Assembly: GCA_002269645.1 (NCBI GenBank)
Contig: NIVC01000544.1
Coordinates: forward strand, 372,001-436,000
Length of the DNA stretch: 64,000 bases
Direction of reading: 5' to 3'
DNA from: Macrostomum lignano
Lineage: Eukaryota
Shown here: positions 11,961-23,326 of the stretch, one piece after another
Position numbering within the stretch: the first letter of the stretch is position 1
Layout: each line of letters starts with the position of its first letter
Notes under the pieces: generated by a model
The model's input: only the letters and a program-made list of their open reading frames with translations
Database searches by the model: none
What the model was told of the DNA's origin: nothing
Position numbers and translations under genes: made by a program

Positions 11961-14900
11961 TAGCCCTAGGCTCTATATCAAATTGAATATATATTCAACC
12001 TAGATAGGCCTTAGGCTTAAAAAATAGTTATTCACATTAGATTAAACACAAAATAGTATATTTTAAAGAGCAGTAAAGCCAAGGGAACCCTCTTTAAAAC
12101 GGATTTTTTTTTCAGAATTTTTTCTTTCTAACTTAGGCCCCTACTAAATTAAAAGATCAATTAAAAAACAGACCACTTTGTCATAATCATAAAGCTCCTA
12201 TCTTTGTTTTGCATTTTGAAATTGCATACACCGTGGTTATAAAGGGTTACGATCATTTCGGCGAAATGACTGGTACCCGTTATACATACGCCTACCACTA
12301 TTTGACTTTTAGTTTTAGTCCAGGACTGAGGACTCCAGGTCCAGACCAAAAGTCCAAAATATTTGCAGGATAATGGGCGACGAGTGAGTTCTTATTCAAC
12401 AGCTTCACACTGATATTTTGACTACGCTCAGCTGTAACAAAAATTGTAGTAACTCGTAAAGAATTTATCATTTTTGCGCATGCCAAACTACATCGTAAAA
12501 GTCCGAGATGTTTAATATCTGTTTGCGCGAAAATGAAAAGCTAAATCATTTTAAACCTATACTTTTTTAGTGGTTATTAGAACAAAAAATTAAGAAACGG
12601 TCTATAAAAGACAATAAATTGAAGTTAAGACTGAATTTCTTATAAAAAATTAGAATATTTATTGTTTTTTTTAAAGATACTTTTACCAGAGCAGAATACG
12701 TTTTTAAACACCTTTCCAACAGACCATCTGTCACCGCGGAAGCTTTTGGCTCGACCTTATGTTATATTACAGCCTAGATTATTCTATTCTATTTTGATAT
12801 AAAGAATCATTATGATCAAAAACTTTTGAACAGGTTCTCCTGAACTTAAGCTTATATTTGATAATTGACACCTATGGCTATGTGGCTTGCCAGCTGGGGC
12901 AGGGCCTTGATGTTATGTCTTGTGACCTTGTCTTATGACATCTCTGGGCAGTATGCTGGGCTTGGCTGTAGCTTGGCCTATATTTAAAAAATATATATAT
13001 ATTATTTTTAGTTAGGCCTACAGTAAAGTTACTAGCTAGACTGTTAGGCTAGTTAGCCCCACCAGCGGCTACCACAAGCTGCACTGCACACAAATTTTGA
13101 TTAAATTCCTTTTGCGCTACATGTATCTGTATAATGTGACTCGCAACACAGTATCAACGATTTGTTGGCTAGCTAAGTTCCACCTGCTTTCCAATCAAGT
13201 GACCTATCAACAATATGGCACCTATGAGGATTCGAGTTCTGAGACTTGTTTTGAGTGACTTTTGAAGATTCAGTGACTAAGGAGCAATGTTATAGTTCTG
13301 TTAATGTTCACTTATTTGATTGTTCATGACATTGGTGCATATTCAAAAGTAAAAATAATTACGCAAAACAAACTGCAACACTGCTAATCATTTATTAGGC
13401 CTAGTATATATAGGCTTAGGTCTATACTTATTTATATTATAGATTTTTGGTTTAAACATATACTTAGAAGCATGCATTTCCTTTGCTTGCTTTACTTTGC
13501 TCTATTTTGCTTTCCTAATTTAATCATCTAGGGTCCATTCCATGTTATTATGCAAGGCCTATAGTTGTAATATTGTTTAGAATACTCTTAGGCCTTTAGG
13601 CCAAACTCCTGAATCCTTAAGAATGTCCTAACTCCTAGCTAGCTCCTAGATAGTTGGCTTTTCTGTCTATTTTGTACTTTCAAATAAAAAATTGTAGGGC
13701 CTAGTAGTATGCTAGTAAAGCTAAAGGCCTAAAGTTAGTAGTAGTAGTAGTATGACTAAAACCTAATAAAAGGCTTTTTTTAATATATAATTGAAGACTC
13801 CTTGGTGAATTTAAGAGATCTCACTAAGGTCCCCATTGGAATAATTTTTCAAAGTCCATTGATATATACCAAGCATTACAAACTTTGTGCACCAAATGCC
13901 CTAAGCTAAGCATGATAAATGACATTGTATTTCATTGAAATCTTTGCTCATTAAACATTGCCATTGCCTATCTAGGAGGCAAATAAATAGGTAGGCCTAA
14001 ATATCAAGAGTAACTATTTTCAAGTATTTTTTTAGCTAGTAGGCCTAAATAATTTTATATTACACTATTTATCTAGTGTTAATAAATAGATAATAAGATT
14101 AAAATTAACTAAAATTGACTTGCCTAATCTGTTTACCTTTCCCTTATCATCTTATAAATTATAGGCCCTTATTAATGCAGCTAAAGTAGTTTACTTTTTT
14201 CACTTAGCAAAAATTTGCAAAGAATATAGAATTTTGTATGTCTTCTTACCTCGGCTTGTAGACTAGCTATTATTAAATTTTTCTATGACAAAAATACTAT
14301 GACAAATTGGCAGCTTCCCAATTTTATGAAGATAATAAAAGCTTTTGGCAATTTGGTGCAGCTAGAAATAAAGAATAGAGAAAAGTTGCTAGGAGTTTGC
14401 CATTCAAGATTAAGTTTTAGGAGTGTATATTCTATAGAGTGAATTTCATTTTTAGCTCCTAACTCTTAATTAAGATTTTAAGATCAAATTATAGTCCAAA
14501 GTTAATAGGAATGTCATTGTTGTCATGTTTTGCCTCTACCCCTTGGCCCTTACTTTTCCACATTCCATATTCTTGTATGCCTGTTTCAACAAACATGGTC
14601 ATGGTTTATAATAAAATATCAAAAATCATCTTAGGTTTCTACATGTATTATTTTCTATGTCAAAAATTAACACTATTTGGGTAAATATAATAATGACCAA
14701 TTTTATTGTCTCTAACAATACCTTTCTTATGTAAATTTTTATGAGTATTGAGAGCAAATATTTACAATATAAGTTATCCATTTTTAGTCTAGTCTATCAA
14801 CTAATTAAATGTGCTCCCTTTTGCTTCTAACTAAATGGTTCAAGTTTGTAGTCTAATATAGTTTTATTGCTTTAGTTTCCATTTTCACTAGGTAATAATT

Positions 14901-15584
14901 TAATAAAACTTGAGCTGTATATTGTCAAATTATTCCTAGAATTACTTCTTAGTATGCATACATTTAAGAGCTAAATATAGCACATAGAAATACCAAAACC
15001 TAATAACCCTAGCCACTAATGCCTTTACCCTGAATATTTTATGCTAGACAAGTAGACAGCTTTTAAATTATAGATATCAACAAAAGTCTTAGTTGACTAT
15101 AATTTATTTATAGAGATATTGATTAAATTGATAAATTATAGTTTAAAGGAGATGATATTGATAGATAAAAGTTTAATATAACAGATTTTAATTAGACTTT
15201 AGTTTTATAAAAAAATTATACATTTTTTTCATAGAGAGTTTATTTTAATAAATGTCAATTTCTAAAAATAGATTTAATATATACACTAATTTTATGAGAT
15301 AATTTTAATAGATCTATATCTATTTAATTGAAAAGATTTTGATGGATTTCTTTTTCACAAAATGGGTTTTGATTGTTTTCAGTTTCATTAATAAAAAAGT
15401 TTTAATAGTTTTTTGTGTCATTACAATATAAAATGATTTCATAGACTTTAGTTTCACTAAAAGGAAATTTATAGATTGCAGTTCAACCACAATGAAATTG
15501 TTAGACTGCAGTTTTTTCTCGGTTCTAGTGTTCAACATTAATATCAATTTCTATAGATTCTCCAACAGAGGAATGTGACTCATT

Positions 15585-15820
15585 CTAGTATATTATATAA
15601 AAATCTTGCTTGTATGTTTGTACGAAATCGATTTTCTCCTGAATGGCTTAACCAATTTTCATGAGACTTGCACTGTTCAATCAGAAATTTTCCTGTGACG
15701 GTACATGTGTCTTGGCTAAGAAATTGCTCGATGCTAAAGGAATTAAATATTCAAAAAACATGCTTTTTTGCAAAGGTCAAGCAAACTTTTTGACTTGAAA
15801 TGCATTGTAAGAATGCTAGA
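15585..15820 (+). mobile_element. Possible non-autonomous Helitron-like fragment
   Basis: Begins TCTAGTATATTATATAAAATC...TGTATGTTTGTACG...GGCTTAACCAATTTTCATGAGACTT, resembling 5' ends of animal Helitron-derived elements as I recall them; 3' end not clear. Confidence 0.35.
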
Positions 15821-16214
15821 GAAAAAAACTGACTGGTTGAATTCTGATTCTGAAATAGATTGCATCATAACTGAATTGTAACTCCAACTTGAATTGCATC
15901 ACACTATTGAAAATGCAGTGTGGAAGCGTAGCACCAGACTTGATTTAAATTGCGTAACCATATTGTTAACTGATACTGACTGACTGAGAAACTGATTATG
16001 TCATAACTGCTTCGTGTGATTTACTCTATGCTTGGATTTTAAAGTGTTGAATTATATAAGTGCAAAATTAGATGTTATCAAAACGATGAGAGCTAGCCTA
16101 GAGGTGAACAAACTGAACTGCTAAAGCAGCGATGATGGTTCGAATTTTCATAGAGTATAATTTTTTTTAATTAAAGCTTTTCAATGTCAAGAAAACTAAA
16201 AGACTTTTTAAAAA

Positions 16215-16830
16215 GAAGCGTCATGTAAAAATCATAGAAGCCTCATTTTAAAAATTATAGAAGCGTCATATAAACAATCATAGAAGCGTCATATAAAAAT
16301 CATAGAAGTGTCATATAAAATATCATAGAAGCGTCATGTAAACAATCATAGAAGTGTCATGTAAAAAATCATAGAAGCGTCATGTAAACAATCATGGAAG
16401 TGTCATTTAAAAAAATCATAGAAGCGTCATATAAAAATCATAGAAGTGTCATATAAAATATCATAGAAGTGTCATGTAAACAATCATGGAAGCATCATTT
16501 AAAAAATCATAGAAGCGTCATATAAAAATCATAGAAGCGTCATATAAAATATCATAGAAGCGTCATGTAAACAATCATAGAAGCGTCATGTAAAAAATCA
16601 CAGAAGCGTCATGTAAACAATCATGGAAGCGTCATGTAAACAATCATGGAAGCGTCATGTAAACAATCATAGAAGCGTCATATAAAAATCATAGAAGCGT
16701 CATGTAAACAATCATAGAAGTGTCATATAAAAATCATAGAAGCGTCATGTAAACAATCATAGAAGCATCAAGAAAAAATCATAGAAGCCTCATTTAAAAA
16801 CTAATGAAAGTGTCATTTAAAAAATTAAAA
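16215..16830. repeat. About 22-bp minisatellite ATCATAGAAGCGTCATGTAAAC
   Basis: Direct tandem copies. Confidence 0.9.
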
Positions 16831-16899
16831 AGCATCATGGTAGAATAAAAGAAACGTCATGTCAGACATGAAGGGTGTCATGTAAAAATTAAATGCAGC

Positions 16900-17958
16900 T
16901 ATAATGCTGTGCTGAGGAGAAAAACTGAGACGTAAAGGCTCTCAGAGAATAACTGAGATTATGGGGGGGGTTTCTGAGATGTCAAAGCAATAGTCAGAAG
17001 CTACTTCAAAGTTCATGTACTTTACTCAATTTTTTATTGCATTCTTTGTTGGCTCGCCACGGGGGGCGCTGATAGAAAAAGAGTCTTGTAAAAAATAAAA
17101 GTAGCACTATATATACATAAAAGAAAAGTCATGTCGAAGTTAAAAGATTCATTTGGGAATTGCTACAATGTCAAAGCTTGGTGGAAATTGTTATAGTGCT
17201 GTGATTCTTAAAGAAGGAATCACTAAAATGTCAAGGCTTAGGGGAGAAGAATTGCTGAGATTTCAAGGCTTTAGGTTGGGTTAAAGTTAGGTTTAGGTCA
17301 GGTTTGGGTTGAGGGTTATATTTTATTGGGTTTCAAGGTTAACAGAGGATTTTTTAGATTTCAAGGTTTCTGGGGGCCATTGCTGACATGTCAAGGCTTA
17401 CGGGGGGAATAGCTGAGATGTCAAGGCTCACGGGGGTATAAATGAGATTTCAAGGCTAAAGTCAGAAGCTACATGTAGTTTATTGAAAACTTTTTATTAC
17501 ATTATTTAATGCCTCCTCAGGGGAGGGATCGCTGATAAAAAAAGCGTAATGTAAAAAATAAAAGAAGCTTCATGTCGAAGTTAGGAGATTCATTTGGGAA
17601 TCCCTACGATGTCGAGGCTTGCGGGGAATCGCTATAATGCTGCAGTAGCGCTATTATGACTCTTAGAGAGAATTACTGAAATTTCAATGCTTTAGGGTTA
17701 GGTTAGGGTTAGGGTTAGGCTAGGGTTAGGGTTAGAAGGTTGACAGATATTTTTAGATTCCCAAGGCTTATTGGGGCATTGCTGAGATGTCAAGGGGGGA
17801 AGTTGGTATGTTAAAGCTTGTCGGGGGGGAATTACTGACATGTCAAGGCTTACAAGGTTTGACAGGAGATTTTTTAAGATTTCAAGGATACATGTAGCTT
17901 ATTAAAAAAACGTGTATTGCATTTCTTTGGCTCCCCAACGGGGGGCGTAGATTGCTAG
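16900..17958 (+). mobile_element. Tandem degenerate units of about 420-470 bp with TTAGGG tracts, ending in a Helitron-type 3' terminus
   Basis: CATGTCGAAGTTA..GATTCATTTGGGAAT at 17130 and 17571; TCAGAAGCTAC at about 16994 and 17462. Terminal hairpin GCTCCCC-AAC-GGGGGGC, then GTAGATTG and CTAG|T at 17955-17959. TTAGGG run at 17692-17735. Confidence 0.5.
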
Positions 17959-18004
17959 TTTTCAGCTAAATATTTCGTTTAATTATATTCAGATAGCTAC
18001 AAGC

Positions 18005-20086
18005 ATGGACCCAGCTCTGCTTCGGGAACGCAAGAAGTTTGCCAAACAAATGGCAGCTTCTACCGAGAGCGCATTGGCTGCTGCTAAGCAAGCAAAAGCA
18101 GCGGCTGCTGCTGCTGCAGCTTCTGCTGCCTCCTCTTCGGCTGCTTCTCAAAATCAGCAGCAACGTCATCAGCCAAGCTTCTTTCATCAGCCGCATCAGC
18201 AACAACAACAGCATCATCATCCGCAAGTGCAAGGCGTCAGATTCAACGCACTGTCGCGTATTATTCGACACATGAAAAGCCGACACATTGAAGGACAAAG
18301 GCATCCATTAGCATTAGAAGAGATACTTGAGGAGACAAAACAGGAGGATCTGCCTCAGGTTGGTTGGCTAAACGGCAATATTTTATTTCTCTTAACTTCT
18401 TCGCCAGCTACAGAAGGGCTCCTGCTACAGAGAGGGAGCGCCAGCTACAGAGAGGGACGCCAACTACAGTGAGGGCTCCAGCCACAGAAGGGGCGCCAGC
18501 TACAGAGAGGGCGCCAGCCACAGAGAGGGGGCGCCAGCCACACAGAGAGGGCGTCAGCTACAGAGAGGGGGCGCCAGCTACAGAGGGCGCCAGCCACAGA
18601 AAGGGGGCGCCAGCCACACAGAGAGGGCGTCAGCTACAGAGAGGGGGCGCCAGCTACAGAGGGCGCCAGCCACAGAGAGGGGGCGCCAGCCACACAGAGA
18701 GGGCGTCAGCTACAGAGAGGGGGCGCCAGCCACAGAGGGGCGCCAGCTACAGAAGGGGCTCCTGCTAGAGAGGGGGCGCCAGCTACAGAGAGGGCGCCAG
18801 CTACAGAAAGGGCGCCAGCTACAGAAAGAGCGCCAGCTACAGAAAGAGCGCCAGCTACAGAAAGAGCGCCAGCTACAGAGAGGGCGCCAGCTACAGAGAG
18901 GGTGTCAGCTACAGAGGGCGCCAGCTACAGAAAGAGCGCCAGCTACAGAGAGGGTATCAGCTACAGAGGGCGCCAGCTACAGAAAGAGCGCCAGCTACAG
19001 AAAGAGCGCCAGCTACAGTACAGAGAGGGCGCCAGCTACAGAGAGGGTGTCAGCTACAGAAAGAGCGCCAGGTACAGAAAGAGCGCCAGCTACAGTGAGG
19101 GCGCCAGCTACAGAGAGGGTGTCAGCTACAGAGGGCGCCAGCTACAGAGAGGGCGCCAGCTACAGAGAGGGCGCCAGCTACAGGTCTCTACTACCTACTG
19201 ACTTAATTACTTGAGCGTTGAGCTTGAAATTAAGTAGCATTTAATTTATGCTTGTGATGCTTCTGCGTTGCTAAGCTGAAAGTGAATTTCCCTAGTCTTG
19301 TTAGCCCTAGAGAGACATTCTATTTAAAGACATTAGGTATATTGAATACATGTTTCACTTTCAAGTAAATAATGGATTTAATTATAACTCAATCCATTCG
19401 GCAGTCTGTGAAGATCTGGCTAGGCCAAGAAGCCCTGCCCCAGAATCCTAAGCTGACTATGCAGCAGGATGGCGCCAGGCGAGCCTACATATTCAAGCCT
19501 ATTTACGATTTTCGTAGCGGCCGTAATGGTGCCAAAGATCTGCTTAAACTGCTCAAACAGTTCGACGAGGTAAGTTAATTTGGTTATTGAATACTTGGGA
19601 CTAAATGCACTAAACTAAAATGGCCAAAATGATGCTTAACAACATGTTAGACTTCTGAACGTCTCTTGAACGAAAGCAAAACTTCTGATTTGGCCTAAAA
19701 TTGAATAGTTACATTATAAGTATATTCATTAGTAATATACTAATATTACTGGCAATATATTAGTATAATATACAATATACTGTATAAACTGGCAATGATG
19801 CTTTCACACATGTTAGACTGCCGATATGTGCATTTTATTTGCACAGTAAAATGAAGTAACCTTTATTTACTGAGTCAGTTTTTACTACTGCCATACATGC
19901 GCAACCTTGGGAATCACTCGGGCGTTTCTATTGGCAACTCACACACACACATGTAAGTCGCTATTGGCTGAGAGCAGTCACGTGACTACTATTCTGTCCA
20001 ATAGCGACTTACATGTGTGTGTTGCCAATAGAAACGGCCGGGTGAATCCCTAGGTTGCGCTTAAGCATGACAACTGGTGTCTTTTA

Positions 20087-20143
<57 letters not shown>

Positions 20144-20230
20144 GCTTGTCAGTCTGTCTGTCTGCCGGCCTGTCTGCCTGCCTGCCTTTCTGTCTGTCTG
20201 TCTGTCTGTCTGTCTGCCTGTCAGTCTGCC

Positions 20231-20263
<33 letters not shown>

Positions 20264-20935
20264 GCTTGTCAGTCTGTCTGTCTGCCGGCCTGTCTGTCTG
20301 TCTGTCTGTCTGTCTGCTTGTCAGTCAGTCAGTTTGCTTGTCTATCCGTCTGTCTTTTTCGGTCTGTGTGACTGTCTGGCTGACAGACTGACCGTTTTTC
20401 GCCTGTCTGTCTGTCTCTGTCGTGTTTGTCCGTCTGTAACTGCATGTTTTTCTGTCTATGTCGGCATATCTGTCTAGTTCCCAACAGTGACTACCCTAAG
20501 CGTATATGTTCTACACCGCCAACAATACAGGGCTACGGCAAAGGCGCCGTCTTAAAAGAAGACATTGAAGAGAGCCTTGGCAACGCCGATGAAGCCATTA
20601 AGATTCTGGGCCATCGGGTTACAGTTCTAACTAGAACTAGCGACAAGAAAGTGAGTTATTTTTATAACGATCCCTCGTTGCAACTGCCAGTTGATGAAGA
20701 ATTTAAAAAGCTTTGGCGCAGCTGCACGGTGCAGAGCATCGACGAGCAGCAGATGCAGCAGTACCTCAGCGGCCAGGGCATCTCGGCTGCCGACGCTGAG
20801 AAGCCGCTCGGCTTCACACCGGCGTCGCGATCCGGCCGCCGCGGCGCTCGTGCCGGTAAGAAAGCAAATAAAGCGGTCAAATTAAAGGACAACGAGCACG
20901 TCACCCATATGCTGGAGGATTTTGGCGATAAGTGA
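18005..20935 (+). CDS. GTF2E2: General transcription factor IIE subunit beta, about 307 aa, 3 exons
   Basis: Exons 18005-18358, 19405-19569, 20531-20935 (all phase 0). MDPALLRERKKF start, HPLALEEILEET, EALPQNPK, YIFKPIY, LPVDEEFKKLWRS, YLSGQGIS and KDNEHVTHMLEDF match the TFIIE-beta family as I recall it. Confidence 0.93.
18405..19182. repeat. About 18-bp minisatellite GGGCGCCAGCTACAGAGA in GTF2E2 intron 1
   Basis: Direct tandem copies. Confidence 0.92.
19899..20060. mobile_element. Foldback/MITE hairpin in GTF2E2 intron 2
   Basis: Arms of about 65-70 bp: GCGCAACCTTGGGAATCACTCGGGCGTTTCTATTGGCAAC..ACATGTAAGTCGCTATTGG versus the reverse complement of 19997-20060. The spacer contains the palindrome GTCACGTGAC. 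Confidence 0.7.
20088..20420. repeat. (TCTG)n microsatellite in GTF2E2 intron 2
   Basis: Visible directly. Confidence 0.95.
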
Positions 20936-21156
20936 AGCGATTTCTTCTATTTGTACGAATTGTCTACTTGAAATTGTCTGGCTTTGGTGAGCAGCTGAAT
21001 GGTAAACTTGTCTGACTTTCGGTTGGTTCAGTGCGGTCTTTATTGCACAGAGTGTACATTGCGTGAAGATTAGAAAGTCAGGGCCACTTGTCAACGGAAT
21101 GAACAGAGTGGATGATGTCGCCGAGTGTCTTGCACCAGGTTAAGATCAGGTTTAGT

Positions 21157-21383
21157 AAATTGTAGCCTAGTGGTTAGAGCGTCGGACTCACAACTTGAAG
21201 GTCGGGGGTTCGATTCTCGACCCACTTGGAAATGTCTGTGTTCATGAGCAAGACACTTAACTCTACATAGCTGTAAAATGGGTGCCAGCATTAGCTGGGG
21301 TAGTTGAGGCTGTGTGTGGCAACCCCAGTCCTTGGACTGAACAGCCGTACGCAGCCTTCAGGTACGCAAGTAAGTAAAAATTG
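21157..21383 (+). mobile_element. tRNA-derived SINE with a CORE/Meta-like central domain
   Basis: A box TAGCCTAGTGG (21163), B box GGTTCGATTC, then TGTGTTCATGAGCAAGACACTTAACTCT..CTGTAAAATGGG (resembles the MIR CORE / Meta-SINE domain), AAGT-repeat/A tail, possible TSD AAATTG at 21157 and 21378. T and acceptor stems do not pair, so it is not a functional tRNA. Confidence 0.75.
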
Positions 21384-22119
21384 CCTGTGGAATAATAGTC
21401 TGGACTAGCTGGGTTCATGGTGGAGAGTCAGACCCTCGATTGCTTGAGTTTTATGGCATACTTAAGATCCATATAGTGTTGCATTTATCTACTTATCCTG
21501 AACTTGTTCATTTAGGTATAGACTAATCTTTGTTATGCGTTAGTCATTTAACACTGTGTTCATTGATTGTTCAAGAAATTATTCACAATAAATTAATGTA
21601 TGATTAATCCAACTTTGCTGCTTTAATTTCAAGTGTGTTTATTTGTATATTTCACTTGAATTTACTGTCTGATTGCATTATTAATAATAAATTGTCCTAA
21701 TAGTAATTATGAATGTTCATCTTTGTAATTGATATTACCGTGTTTTATATTTTTAATAACTGTTATTAGGTAAAGATAAGTCTTTTAGTGTATTTAATGA
21801 AGTGCTTTAAGTCTTCAGTTTCTCATTGAGTAGTTTGGCTTTTGGGACACAAGATAATGCCCGGAAAAGCGTGTGTTATCTCTATAAAGCGTTATGCAAC
21901 TCTCATAGAATTTATGGCACTACTAAGGCCAGGTCAGGGTCATAGACAAAAAAGGAAAAATTAAAGAGCACAACTAGACTTAGATGTTTAGACTTAAATT
22001 GCGGGCACTGTGAGAGTTGCATCATGCTCTACTCGTATAAGTTTTTATAGCATTTGTAGTCTAGTTGAAAGAGCGCGCATTCTAGTCAGACGCTTGTGAA
22101 GTTTAAGTACAAAGCAAAA

Positions 22120-22780
22120 GCAGTCTATGGCCATAGACAAAATTACACGCGCAAGGCAGAAATTAGGTTGTATATTTAACTTCAACCTAATTTAACTTCA
22201 CAAATACATTCAGCAACATTTAAGTGTCCAACCTTGCGCCAAGGGTCCATGGGCAGCATAATCGATGGTTTAGCCAATTGGTTTTGGGCCATAGACAAAT
22301 GAGCAAAAAGGGCAGTAAAGTGTCCGATATCTGGTGTCACAGGGAAAAGCGTTACAGTAACGAGTATACAGGGGTTTACTGGAGGCATCTGGACGCAAGT
22401 GACAACTATAGTCCGCTAAATGACTGGTTGGCGCACTCTGCGTTGGCCGTCCAGATCACCGGATATGAACTCGATTGAGCACGTGTGGGATTTCCTGAAG
22501 CGCACGATTCGGTGCAAAGATCTCTATCTCCCTAGAACATGGTCCAGCTGCGCAATGCGCTTTCAGTCGCGTGGCAACAGCTTCCACAAGACTTTCTGCG
22601 GCGCCTTGTTTGGGAATGCCTCGATGAGTGAGCAGTCTGTTGGACGCTCCTGGTTGCTATCTATACCTGTTACTTACTGTGCTTTAGACACGTACACAGC
22701 GTGGAAATGGGCGTGGAGTTGTTTCGCTGTTCATTATTTGTTGCCTTATTTTGATTGTCTATGGCCCAAACATAGTTAAA
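22120..22780 (+). mobile_element. Decayed Tc1/mariner transposon
   Basis: WPSRSPDMNSIEHVWDFLKR (22440-22505) matches the Tc1-family WPxxSPDLNPIEHxW motif. GGCCATAGACAA occurs at about 22129 and 22287 and inverted at about 22755-22770. Upstream frame is interrupted by stops. Confidence 0.75.
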
Positions 22781-23326
22781 AACCTTTTCCCTAATCGTTC
22801 AGCTAGTGTAGCCTTTTGTGCAGACGTGGACACTTTGTGGACACTTCAATGTTGCTGAGTGTAAGTGCTACTTCATCATAAGAGTCAGTCGATGATGTCT
22901 TGCTCCCGTTCTGTTCAAGTTTGTTCCAAATGTGGTGCACAGATGTTCTCTTAACATCCAACATCCTAAAAAAATCAGCGACTTTTTAGCGTATAGTTCA
23001 ATATTTCACGGTAATATTCGTACGAATTTGTAATCTATAATCTTAGTGGACAGTGTTTGCTTTTTTATTATAATTTGTTGTTAGCTTGTAGCTATATCGG
23101 TCTACAATTTTATGTTTATGCTAGTGTGCCTCTTATAGATAACAGAATTGGCGAGTTTTGCTTAGTGACACAGAAGAAACACAGTGAAATAACAAGCGTA
23201 TTCATGCACATTTCCTGACGCTCTTTTTCGTTTTAACTTCTTTGCTTCAGCCTTTCATTCCACTCTAGTATCATTGTATTATTAGCGGTTTAAAAAACAC
23301 AAGAAATCAACAAAACGAACAGCATC

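Noticed and set aside
17692-17735. Interstitial telomere or chromosome-fusion scar
   Set aside because: Only about six imperfect TTAGGG units, embedded in a repeated element with a degenerate counterpart at about 17270-17320.
21157-21230. tRNA-Val(CAC) gene
   Set aside because: A and B boxes are present, but the acceptor and T stems do not pair and a SINE body follows.
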